Source of the DNA: Rhizophagus irregularis
Lineage: Eukaryota
NCBI RefSeq assembly: GCF_026210795.1
Contig: NC_089433.1
Span: 806,001-870,000 of the forward strand
DNA length: 64,000 nucleotides
Direction: 5' to 3'
Shown here: in pieces, positions 36,903-49,680 of the stretch
How the letters are laid out: each line of letters starts with the position of its first letter
How positions within the stretch are numbered: position 1 is the first letter of the stretch
Position numbers and translations under genes: made by a program
Notes under the pieces: model-generated
What the model saw: only the letters and a program-made list of their open reading frames with translations
The model's database searches: none
What the model was told of the DNA's origin: nothing

Positions 36903-37176
36903 CGGTTTTGGTACGAAATCTCGAAAATCATTTGAGCAATCGACAACAAAATCTTGACAATCCAATATCTTGACAAGTCAAAATTCTGACAAGTCAAAAT
37001 CCCGACAAAATTACAACACATTTAAACTAAATATTACATATTGCAACAAATTATTTTATTAGAACACACATCACAAAATTGTCGATATAATGACTTGTCA
37101 GGATTTTGGATTGTCGAGATTTTGTTGTCTTGTGTTAGTCGTGCAAAGTGGCTGTCGAGATTTTGATCAGATACCG
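36903..37176. mobile_element. MITE with long imperfect TIRs and an ACAACAT flanking duplication
   Basis: ACAACAT|CGGT...AAATCTCGA...GACAAGTC against GACTTGTC...TCGAGATTTTG...ACCG|ACAACAT. Confidence 0.75.
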
Positions 37177-37965
37177 ACAACATCTTGGATTTCTCCTATT
37201 ACATTATCAATACCAGAAAACAATTTTTTCCTTAAAATCTCAATCAACATGGTGATTATACATATCTTTATCTTCATCTATTTAAATTCTTATCATAAGT
37301 GTTCTATACTCTCGAGTTCTGATAATAGATAAGAACTTCATTATTCCAAATTTTGTTATATTTGTACGCAAAGCTACCAATTGATTAATTTTATGATTAA
37401 ACTATATAAAAAAAAAAGTAATTTTCCCATTCATATTATTTTAGATAAAATAGATTATCATTTTCATAGTATCAAATTTCTTTATAAACCCTACCTCGAA
37501 AATCTGGTTTCAATATTCTATGTTCAATTTGTAACATTTACCTTAAATATAAACGTTATAGTATTCTCGTTTCGAAATTTTTTATTCCAAAACATTTCAA
37601 ATTCAATATATATTATCACATTCCAAAATTATATATACATATTTATCTAAATTAAATATTTCATTTTAGAACTGCATTGTTTTTATCGTTTGTGATATGA
37701 AAGTATTCCAAATTATTATCTTCTTTCTCACTAATAAAGTAATTGAAAGTTTACCATTATCTTGAAATAATGATCTTTTTAATCATGTAAATAATAACAA
37801 TATATCATTCATGGAATCATCAAGCTAATATAAATTCTAAAAGGAGTCAACGTTGGTTTTTTATAGAACAGAAACGCACCATCACCAACACTGACGCCTA
37901 CTTGTCCACCATGAAGCAATATCTCTCAAAATTTTTTATAAAACAGGAACGTAGTAAAGTAGGCG

Positions 37966-38178
37966 ATGTAGTATAGGTATAGGTAGAGGTGGTAGTGGTG
38001 GTGGTGGTGATGGTGATGGTGGTAGTGGAGGAGGAGGTGGTGGTGGTAGTGGTGGAGGAGGTGGAGATGGTAGTGGTAGTGGTGGAGGAGGAGGTGGTGG
38101 TAGTAGTAATGGAGGTGGTGGAGGTTGAGGTGGAGGCGGAGGCGGAGGTGGTGGTGGTGGTGGTTGGTGGTGGTAGTT
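37966..38178. repeat. (GGT/GGA/AGT)n trinucleotide microsatellite
   Basis: Directly visible; poly-Pro, poly-Thr or poly-His depending on the minus-strand frame. Confidence 0.9.
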
Positions 38179-38561
38179 AGTACGTTTTCTTTCATTTATG
38201 TATATTTTAGATTTTAGATTTGGACATTTTTAGATTTATACATTACCATCTTAGATTTAATATATATATTCATTTTTATTTCTACGTATAAATTAAAATG
38301 ATGCAATAAATTCTATTTCAAAAATTGCAGATACCGATTTTATACCGATTGATGATCACATACCGATTTATACAATTACACCGATTACATACCGATTTAT
38401 ATACATACCGATTTTATACTGACTTTCGTTATCAAACCAGTCAATTCTTATTAATATTCTATCAAAGATGGTTAACATGACGAATTACTGAATTACCGTT
38501 TCCTAGTGTATGTTAATGACATCACACAAAAATTTTAACAAACAAAAAATTACCCTACTAC

Positions 38562-38866
38562 TAGGGATGGGGTTTAATTAACCATGGTTAATTAACTGCG
38601 GTTAATTAACAGTTAATTTTGTTAATTATGTTTAACTAAAATTGGTTAATTAACGGTTAATTTGGTTAATTATAAATTAACCAATCAAAAAAGAGATTTA
38701 AATCATGTGATTATAGTTAATTTGGCTTAAACTAACAAAATTAATACATTTGACCAGAATTATAAAATTAAACAATGGTTAAATAACAGTTAATTAACGG
38801 TTAATTAACGGTTAATTAACTGGTTAATTAACTAAATTATAATTAACCGTTAATTTACCATCCCTA
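38562..38866. mobile_element. hAT MITE with a perfect 8-bp TSD
   Basis: CCTACTAC|TAGGGATGG ... CCATCCCTA|CCTACTAC; internal GGTTAATTAAC repeats. Confidence 0.92.
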
Positions 38867-40885
38867 CCTACTACAATATATTTTTTTTTCATTTAAAGAG
38901 CGCTTTTTATAAAAAAAAGGAAACATTCACATTTTTACTAGTGGATAATAAAGTGATATTTTTTAAAATCGCTACAAATTTTTTTCTACGAAAAGAGTAT
39001 GTTCCGTTACATGCTTATTAAAATTCTCATGCATTCATTTCATTTAAAATTTTGGTGTTACTTAAATATTAATAGAGCACAACTTGACGAATTTTAAAGA
39101 TGTTTTAATAAAGCAAATCCGGTTTGACAAAATTTGATATCTTCATTGATGAAGTTTTATGTGTGATTGTAAGATTGACTAAACATACAGTAGGTTACAA
39201 AAAGTGACGACCGCCTAAAAATTAAATAACATTAATTATTTTTTAAAATTAAAAGTGTAAAAACTTATTTTGAACCATTTCCTTGCTTAATTAATGGTAA
39301 AATTTTATATAAATACTTAATTTTCAAAGTAGAAAAAATTTTAACATTTCAACCAAAGCGGTTAGCGTAAAATAGGTGTAAAAAAATGATTCCCTGAATA
39401 AAAATTAGCTCATTTTTTAAAGATTCAATCAGTAGTCGTTGAGAAAATCCACTTTTAAATTGATGATCTACATATATTAATATAGGTCGATTTAAATTTT
39501 ATCACATCCCGAGGGTAATATATTTTTTTATTATATATTAAAATAATATTTTATTTAATTTGAAATTCACTAGAGGAGATGATAATTAAGAAAGTTGCTA
39601 ACCCTTACAGTGCTGAATCATCATCATACCAGCAGCATTAGACCTAGGATATTTAATATAAAATGTTTACAATAGAATTATATAACATAAATTTTAAATA
39701 CGATACCTAAATAATAAACCCAACTCTGAATGATGATCGATAAATATAAAAATCTTGGTATTATTAGTAAATTTAATTATGAACATTCTTTATTATACGG
39801 TTATTGAAACTAGCGTCAAATGATCCAATCTTTGTTCTACATTTATTATTATTATTAATAGTAAAAATACATTAAATTAAAATATTATTTAAGAACATTG
39901 TTTTGCGTGAGATGTGAAACTTTATAAAAACAATTTTGTTTCATAAATTACAAAAAAATCATCTAATAAAAAAAAGGAAGATTGTATTAAATGGTTACAG
40001 AAAGCGCAGCGAGATAACCAAAGTCTCGTGATTCATAAATGAAAAAGAAAATTTTCATACAAAGATCATACGACAGCAAAATGATGAAATCAAGAGTAAA
40101 TCAAAAAGACAGAAATTTATATCCGAACACAAAGTCAAGAGAACATTACAAAAAGAATCTAATCACAAAGCTTTAAAAGCTAGTGATAAAAATATATTCA
40201 TGATACTCCGAAGCGTTGAAAAGATAGACGTCATTTAGGAGTAAAACTAAATATCAAACAGAAATTTGTCTTGAGAAAGAATATGAATAAGAATTTAACA
40301 AAGATACTTACGGAGTGATAATAAGTGAAAATTACGTTCATTGGTATAGACTAGAGGAAATATTAGTACAGTCGAACGAGCAGGAGAGATCAATGGCGGT
40401 TAATAAGAGATTTTGATGAAGACATTTCTAGTTGAGAAAATTGTGGAGGTGATAGAAATTTTTTTGCGTAAAAATATAAAGCGAGCTTTATTAAAATTAT
40501 TACAACAGATATTTTTCAAAAATGAAGCGACGCTTTTGGAGAAATCGTTAACGCGGGAAACTAAAGAAGTTAATATGTGGTTGATCCACAAATTCAAGAA
40601 TTACTCAATACAATTTAATATAAATTTAAAATTTAAGGATACATTCAACAGAGAAATGAGAATTTCAGATAAAGAAGCGGATAAAGAGAATATGAGCGTA
40701 CCATGTTTATTATCTGCGCCTCACTCCTTACTGATGTAAAGTATGTCATCGGTATTTTTGTGACTTGCTCACTTACAGTATGTCATAGTTTTATTTATTA
40801 AAATTAGTGACTTGCACATATCAAAATTAAAATTGATATTTAAGATAAAAATCAACTTTTCTTACTAAACCTTAAAAATTACGTT

Positions 40886-41785
40886 TTAAAAATTATTCAA
40901 TACATTCAGAGCATTTTGATAACCTTGTTCAGCAGATTTTTTATACCAATAAATTGCTTTGTTCGTATTTTTTTTAACTCCTTCACCATATTCATACATA
41001 TTAGCAAGATTATGTTGAGCTACTTTATTTCCTAAATTTGCTGCCTCTTGATATAATTCAAATGCTTTTTGCGTATCAATATCAGTTCCAATCCCATTAT
41101 CATAACAATAACCTAATAAATTTATTCCACCAGAATGTTTTCCTACTGAACATTTTTTAGATAATTCAAAAACCTTATTATCATCTTTTAAGAAATTTTC
41201 ATTCTTATACATTAATGCAAGATTACATTGAGCTCTATTATTTCCTAAATTTGCTGCCTTATTATATAATTCAAAAGCTTTTTGTTTATTAACTTCAGTT
41301 CCAATTCCATTATAATAACAATATCCTAATAAATTTATTCCACTTGAAAATTTTCTTTCAGTCAAATCTTTTGATAATTCAAAAGTTTTATCATAATTCT
41401 TTTCAACACCTTCACCATCTTCATACATTAAAGCAAGATCAAATTGTGCTAAATTATTTTTTAATTCTGCTGCTTTTTGATATAATTCAAATGCTTTTTG
41501 TTTATCAATATTAGATTCAATTCCATGATAATTAAAATATCCAAGTAAATAAATAGATGTTGAATCATTTTGATTATTTAAAAGCCAATGATAAACTTCT
41601 TTTAAAATTATTTTTTGATTATTAACATAATTAAGAACACGTTGCTTTCTTATTATTTCTTCTTTTCCTTCATTTAATTCTTTAGAAATAAAGTCGACTA
41701 ATTCATGAATCACAAAACTAAAATCCTCTTCAAATATGTTTGTGTGAATGTATCGAATGGTTGGTTCTATTTCTTTAATATTCAT
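40886..41785 (-). CDS. Sel1-like repeat protein, 299 aa (kinase-less paralog of the neighbouring gene's C-terminus)
   Basis: About six SLR units (LGYCYYNGIGT..KAFELY.KAA.LGN); colinear with the last exon of 42782-44991. Confidence 0.88.
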   Translation of the reverse strand: MNIKEIEPTIRYIHTNIFEEDFSFVIHELVDFISKELNEGKEEIIRKQRVLNYVNNQKIILKEVYHWLLNNQNDSTSIYLLGYFNYHGIESNIDKQKAFELYQKAAELKNNLAQFDLALMYEDGEGVEKNYDKTFELSKDLTERKFSSGINLLGYCYYNGIGTEVNKQKAFELYNKAANLGNNRAQCNLALMYKNENFLKDDNKVFELSKKCSVGKHSGGINLLGYCYDNGIGTDIDTQKAFELYQEAANLGNKVAQHNLANMYEYGEGVKKNTNKAIYWYKKSAEQGYQNALNVLNNF

Positions 41786-42781
41786 TTTATTAATTTTTTT
41801 ATAAAAGAAAAAAAATATAGATATTATAATAATTTTGCGGTGGTTTTTTTATTATTAGAAAAAAAAATTATAACAAAAAAAAAAATATTTTTTTTTTATG
41901 TACTTTATTTATTATGTGCGTAAATCACTTGATATTTTGGACACAGTCGATTAAAATGTTCGGAAATGGCCGATAATTAGTCATGACCCGATTCACGTGG
42001 TACAAAAAAATGATTTGTAAACCTTAACCGATTTTGCTACGCCATAAATGCAAAAATCTTGTAATTTTTATTTTTTTCTGCGGAAACAAGCAAATCATGT
42101 TCAAGGAATGCCGAATGTGATTTTTAAATTATAATTATGTAAAGAATTTATTGGAGTCGCTAATTATTGAAAAAAAACTTAATTACATTGTTTGGTAAAC
42201 CGACATCAGCAACATCATGCATACATGCATAGTTTTCCGATATCACATGGGAAAATAAAGAAAATTATCACCGAATAATAAACCGACATTCAGCAACATC
42301 ATGCATAGGAATTCAATTTCACATGGTATAATAAAGAAAATTATCGCTAAATATGCACGCAAAAAAATAAAAAAAATGTCTTTTTATTTAAATTTTACGA
42401 ATCAAAAGTTATTTATTAATAAATTTCTCTCACACTAAGATATGCTATTAAAAATAAATTTTATAAATTATATATTGATTAACGAACTTTCATTTGACCG
42501 TTTTTTTTTAACTTGATCGATAATAAAAATAATATCTATCGTATTGATTATTAAAAACACTAATATACCTATATATACTATATGTTTACACAGTAATCTA
42601 ATTTAAACAGTATTTATCACTCAGCATTTTATTAAAGTGATAAATGTACTATTTGTAAAATGGAATATTATAAATGAAAATCTTAATTATGACCGTAATT
42701 AAAAAAAAAAATACGACATGATCAAAGCGTTAGAAAGATAACACTCCTATCATTTCGCCTAAAGATTGGGCCACGTTACTC

Positions 42782-44991
42782 TCATAACTTTAAAAGAGAT
42801 TTTAATTTAGCTTGAGCGCCCAGATTTTCTTGTTCGGCGGATTTTTTATACCAATAAATTGCTTTGCTCATATTTTTTTCAGCTCCTTCCCCATATTCAT
42901 ACATATTAGCAAGATTATATTGAGCTACATCATTCCCTAAATTTGCTGCCTCTTGATATAATTCAAATGCCATTTGAAAATTAGTATCAGTTCCAAGTCC
43001 ATTATAATAACAATATGCTAATAGGCCTATTCCATCCGAATGTTTTCCATTTGCAGATTTATTAGCTAATTCAAAAACCTTATCATGATCTTTTTCGACA
43101 CCATCTCCACTTTCATAAATTAAACCAAGATTACATTGAGCTCTAATATTTCCTAAATTTGCTGCTTTATAATATAATTCAACTGCCTTATGTTTATCAA
43201 CATCGGTTCCAATTCCTACATTATAACAATATCCTAATAAATTCATTCCAGCTGGATATTCTCTATCCGCTAATTTTAATGATAATTCAAAAACTTTATC
43301 ATAACTTTTATCAATACCTTTTCCGTAAATATGTAAATAAGCGAGATCAAATTGTGCTGCAGTATTTTCTAACTCCGCCGCTTTTTGATATAATTCAAGC
43401 GCCTTTTGCTTATTAATGTTAGCTTCAATTCCATAATTATTAAAATATCCAAGTAAAAAAATAGAATTTGAATCATTTTGATTATTTAAAAGCCAATTGT
43501 AAATTTCTTGTGAACTTATATTGGAATTATTAATATAATCAATAACAAATTGCTTTCTTACATTTTCTTCCTTTCCTTTATTTACCTCCTCAAAATATAA
43601 ATTAATCAATTCATCAATAACAATACTTAAATCCTCTTCAAATATAGCTCGATTAATATTTTGAATCGTAGGTTCTGTTTCCTTTATATTCATTTTATCA
43701 TTTTTTTGAATAATTTGAGATTCTGTTATATGTGTTTTTGTAATGATTGACTTTAACTTATCAACCACTTGATTCATCGATGGTCTATTTTTGGGCTCGC
43801 CATTCCAACACTCTAATAAAACGTATATTAAATAAATATTAAAATAAAGAATAACAATATATATCATAATTATAGTAAGAATTATATTTACCGGTATAAA
43901 GATTAGAATAATCTATAGGAGTATCCGAAATAATTTTTTCTCTATAACCTTTTGAAATCTGCATAACTAAACTAGCATCATAAGATTCGCCTTTAAATGG
44001 TAACTGACCACTCGATATCTCCCATAAAAGTACTCCAATACTATAGACGTCACTCTTTTCACTTAATGAGTATGGCTGCATTAAATTATTACTATTATTA
44101 AACCATATTGGATCAATATAAGGAGCTGCAACAAATAATTCTGATTGATCCATAGGTGTTTTAAGCGCTTCTTTAATTCTTTTTGATAATCCAAGGTCGC
44201 CTAATTTGATATTATTCTGATGAACTAATATATTGCCAGAGTTCTATTATAAATTAAATATAAATGATTAATAAAAAAAATATAATAAAATTTTTTTAAA
44301 AAATTAAAAAAAAATATATTTTTTTACCAAATTTCCATGCACAATTCCTTTATTATGTAAACATGATACAACATGAGCTAATTGGAATGCTAATCTAAAC
44401 TTATCTTCCCACGTAAGATTTTCAAAGTTTTCTTTCAAATAGTTTTGAAGAGAACTACCATTAACGTACTCCATTACTAAAAAGTATTCTTTCGCTTGAC
44501 CATTTTGATTTTCTAATTTTTTTTTAAAAAAAATTATTAATGCTTTTTATAAACTATTTAAACATCACTCATAATTATTACATTTTTATACCTTTATCTG
44601 TAACTCCAAAAAAACTAACAATATTTTTATGAAAAATCAACTTTTTACGATAAAGTTCAACCTAAATTATAATGAATATGTATTGTAAATGATTTAAGAC
44701 TAAAATACAAAATAATAATAATTATAATTTTACAATTACCTCATGAATGATTTCTTTTACAATGACATCATTGTCAAAATTAAAGGATTTCAATACAAAA
44801 TATTGTTTCGAATTTTTCCAATTTGCACGATAAATTTTTCCAAAGTAACCATTATCAATTTGTTCAATATTATAAAAATCTTTATATTCATAGTATTTTA
44901 TAAGATTTTTAGAAATAGATTCATTAACGTTAATCAAACTAATCCATTCATTTGAATTTTTGGTAACTTGTATTTCATTTTTATCAAACAT
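42782..44991 (-). CDS. TKL-type (pseudo)kinase plus Sel1-repeat protein; exons 44991-44740, 44661-44592, 44512-44328, 44243-43892, 43812-42782
   Basis: Spliced kinase motifs FVLKSF, LVMEY, IVHGNLNSGNIL, KLGDLG, PYIDP, KSDVYSIGVLLWEI and ECW..P..RP, followed by SLRs. Four GT-AG introns keep the frame. Confidence 0.9.
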
Positions 44992-47732
44992 TATAAATAA
45001 TTCGATTGAAAAAAAGAATATCCGAAGCACAATTTACCCCCGATATTTATACTTTTGCATAAGTGTTTGTTACACTGATCATGTGATTTTTTTGATCAAT
45101 CCTTAAATTGGATTTGGATTGAATTACAGATCATTTATTTTTGTCGATGTGGTAATATTTATTACTTTAATTATTATTATTATTTTTATTACAAATAATT
45201 AAGGATTTCGTCTCTGCGAACCACTAAGGAATTTTTGGAACTAAGTTTTAAGATTGCGCAATTGCATTTTAATTGCGCAACGAGTTTTTCACTGGGGATG
45301 GGTCAAATGGTTTAGAACTGCTTTTGTGACCAATTTTAAAATTTGAAGTCGTTTTTTAAAAAAAAATTGGACCAGACTAAATCTGGATTGGACTAAAAAA
45401 AAAGTTCAAAGTACCACGACGATCATGAACTAGTCACATGATCAATTATCCTAATTTTGGCCATAGGAAAATTTTAATTCTAGCTGAAATTAACAATAAT
45501 CTGCGAAATAAATTTATTGGCATATTGGAGTGCGCCAAGTTTACCAGGCAAAATTTACAAGGCATTAATTTTTACGTTTTGTAATACGCCTAAAATTCAA
45601 ATGCAAGTTCATCTGACCTGCAAAACTTCCTTCATTCCTTATTCCTTCAGTTGCTTGTAGTACAATCGACTATGATATTTGATAGGCGATAATCACACTG
45701 ATATCAAAAATCCATATTATATTTTTTTTAGTTGCAACTAACAAAATATGAATATATATAATATAATAATATAATATAATACGCCTGATAAATGTAATAT
45801 CAATTAGAATTTAGAAAATCGATCATGTGATTATTAGGTATTATGTATACACCAATGGATTTTTGTCGATTACCTAATGTTAAAATCGAGTTAATTGTAT
45901 AAAATTATATTTTATTAATTTTTATTTTTATTTTTTTCATGTTTATTTTTATTTTTTAAGATTTTTTGGTTTCCACAAAGCGATCATAATTACTGTACTG
46001 TATATTTTTTCGAATTGAAGAATGTACTGTATATGTATAACACATTAAACTAGAGGATGAAATCGAATAAGGTTAATCGATTAATATAATCGGTTAGAAA
46101 TGCAGTATCATCTCAAATTTTTTTAGAAATATACTTAGATGAATTAACTTCATAAAAAAATAAAAAATATATTTGTGATTAAAAATATTGAAGAATTTTT
46201 ATCTGGGTCGTCAAAAGCTTGTATCTACTACTATACTTTCTAAAAGGTCATCATTTTTGGAATCAACAATTTGTAGCCAACAGCAGCAACAGCAGCAAAC
46301 GAAAATTCTTTTCATTAAGATATGTTCACGCTAATAATAAATAAGGTAATACTCAAATTACATAATTGAAATGTTCAGTTCTCTTATAGTAAGCTAATAA
46401 ATTTTTATTGATTTTTTTATTAAGCATTTTACAAAATTTCAAATATTTGATTGGTTGCAAATTATGGTATAAAGAGTGAATATACGCTACAATAAATATT
46501 TTTTCGCGGTATATTATTAAATTTTGTGGCGCTTTTCATAAAATTTGCGATACTGAGAGATTATGGGAATTATATGAAAAATCATGTGGAAATCGTGGAA
46601 AATTATGTATAAAGGATCAAAATTTTGTATTTATCATATAATTTTGTGACTTTTGAGATTTATTGTGAACTGTCATAAATCATCGTCTGGTTGTGACACG
46701 AAAAAGAATTTTATTTATGTATTATAATTTCCAATCTTTCTTTACTTGATTACGACTTAAATCTTGTCAAGAGTTTGTCAAGTTTTCAGTTTTACAATAC
46801 AAAAATTCAAGTTTTAACAGAAATTCCTGCAAAAAAAATAATAATAATTGATATAACGGTTAGTTTTATTATTATAAAAATGTTTTAAAAAAGTTTTTAA
46901 AAGCATAATAAAATTTTAATTCAAGTAAATGGTTTAATAACATTTAATTTTTAAATATATTTAACTTGATTTTCAGATTATTTGGAGCGTAAGGCATTTA
47001 TTGTCATAAAATTATAAAAAAAAAGCTGTAGAGTTAGTTTTGTTCAAATTTGATAAGATCTAATAGTAAATATTCCAATATTTGTAGAAAAACCTTATAT
47101 AACCTTTTAAAATTATTTAAATCATCCCAATTGTTAAATAAACCATGTTATATAACGCCATATATATAATGATCAGAAAAATTGAATTACTCACAAAATC
47201 TTATTAATGGTATAAATTGGAATTGGATGTAATTGAAAAATAATTCTATGAGTAGAAAAATACGTTAGAACCTTTAAAGTATAAAGAAAAGTGTCAGAAA
47301 TCACAGTAATCTTAATATTTAGACGAGAAAACTCAAAATCTGTACATAATAAACTGACTTATAACTCAAACAAGGAGAAGATGTAAATAAACCTGTTAAT
47401 ACAAGTATTGCCAACGAAGCATAGTATGTTAGGTTCAAAATATTCTAAAGTTTTTTATTAGATAATTGATGATACACACCATTTTGAAAACTACAAAACT
47501 TTGATTTATATTTTACGCGGAGTATATAATATGTCCCTATGCGTAGCAATTTAATTGCGTGCATGTTACAATTGTGACATCATGACCTGATTTACTTTTT
47601 GATTATAAGATTAAAATTGATTTAACCTTTATTAAGCTTTTTATGCCGTTTCTTACATTCCTTGCTTTCTTCTTTCTATTTTCACATCTCTCAACACTTT
47701 CTCTCCATTCTTTTATTATAAATTATATTAAA

Positions 47733-49080
47733 ATGAGTGATTCAAAATCCATATTTAGTGATAACCCCGATATTGAAATTCCTGAAAAGTTTTAAATAGT
47801 ATTCCAGAAGATGATAGTGAAAATGATTTGAAATTGATGAAAATCTTTCTAGTACTTGCGATTCAAGTACTCCAACTTTAATCCTTTCCTACCTGGAAGT
47901 TGGCATTTGATCATATTAGACAATGGTTCCAACAGCAAGGTTTTTTATTTGAAAATGAAGACCAGAAAAGTTACAAAATAAACGTAGAAAATATGCAATA
48001 TTATACCTGTGTAAGTAGAAAAAATCCATCCAAACCTTCAAAAATTTGTAGTACTAATTGTAAATGGTATGTAAACCTATACTGAACTGTTAAAAATAAT
48101 GCGAACAAGCCCTATAAAAAAAGTAGATACGTTTCTTATACTAAAAGATACGTTTTGTATGCTGAGAGATACGTCTAGATGCGTCTAGATACGTTTAGAG
48201 ATACGGGAAAATGCACAATTCCGTATCTTGCAAGATACGTTTTGTATACGGATCTTACTACACTTGTTGATTTATTTCCTACAGTGAAGAACACATAGGA
48301 ATAGAATAATGATGATTATATTAATTGGAAAAATACACTTCTATGTACTAAGTATACAACTCTTACTTCGAGTGGTAATCAAAGAACTTAAATTATTTAC
48401 TTCTCCTCAAATACATCATAATGACATTTAGCTATGATGCTAGAGTATTAGATTAGACTTATTCCAAAACAATTGGATTTCAAAAAGCAACCCTTTCGGC
48501 ATATAACAGGGACTTGCCCTGCCTCATGCAAAACAGCCGATCGTAAAGAACTCGCAGAAATTGTAAGGGCTTACCAAGAGGACCGAGATGCCGAGAACAT
48601 ACCCTCTCTGGTTACCAAACTATGAAGTTAGATAAGAGAAAGCGCGTGAGTTTATTCTGCTTCTAAATTTGGTGCTGATTAGAGATTTCACTTTTGGAAT
48701 CCAACAATAATTTTACTTTCTTAATTCAATTAATACTTCATATGCTTCTATTAATAAAAAACATTTGCATTATGTTAACATACAATGAGACAAGCTAAAC
48801 AGATTGCTTCTAATTCTTGTGACAAGCTATTTGTTAATTTACTTGAAGAAATAAAAATTATAAAGCGCTTAAATTGGAATACCAAAATTTTGATCTAATT
48901 AGACGTCCTAAAGGAAAACTTGCTAGAACTGCAAGATTTAAAGGATCTTTGGAAACCTCCACTCAATTTAATGCTGGTGGTAGTTTAACATAGAATAAAC
49001 GTGGTTTATGTAGTAATATAGGCTATAATCATGCCACAATTGCCACATGTCCATCCAATCATAATCAAAAGAAAGAGGGC
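47733..49080 (+). pseudogene. MULE/FAR1-like transposase relic, internally deleted and interrupted
   Basis: FPTWKLAFDHIRQWFQQQGF and TNCKWYVNL (FAR1/WRKY-like N-terminus). C-terminal RRPKGK..ARFKGSLE..GLCSNIGYNHAT resembles a MULE knuckle. Confidence 0.6.
48109..48258. mobile_element. CACTA-like end fragment with AGATACG subterminal repeats
   Basis: CCCTATAAAAAAAGTAGATACG followed by several AGATACG copies. Confidence 0.5.
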
Positions 49081-49680
49081 AAAAAATGCAATGCTCTCTT
49101 CAGTTGCCAAAGTTGATTAAAATTTTTTACTTTTTATATCGAAGTCTACACCGACTATGCTATTCCAATATAATTAATTTTATGCGTACAAAAAAATATT
49201 CATTGTGTGAGCAGAAAACAAAAACCTAATAGAAATATTGAAAAAAAAATTAGGCCACGAAAAAATTCAATTAACTAGTAGAAATAAAATTTTAATGTCT
49301 ATTGCATTTCCAAAGTAGTATTTGATGTTAGTACTATTTTAGTATGCGAACTGCGAAATAATCAAACCATTTAAGGATATGGTTCTCGACACATAAAATC
49401 TGATAATGAATATATTTTATTTTTATTAAAAAATATATATAATCTTATCAGCAACCATTTATTAATTAAAAATGCAATTGTAATGATGATAAAAAAAAAA
49501 TCAAATAATTATCATACATATAATAATTGACCAGATATGATTTACTTTACATGATTGCAGAAATTATAGTCCTATATAACAGATAAATAGATGGTAAAAT
49601 ACTAACTAAATTATAATTTATCTCTTAATTCCACTTTCTGCTGAAGCTTTTCTATAGCAATAAAATTATTATATAGTCCT

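Noticed and set aside
37926..38195. Poly-His and poly-Val/Glu ORFs
   Set aside because: Trinucleotide microsatellite with no supported gene structure, though a decayed Pro-rich exon cannot be excluded.
39990..40740. Lys/Glu-rich coding-like relic including ORF 40413-40739
   Set aside because: No recognisable motif and multiple stops upstream; a call cannot be supported.
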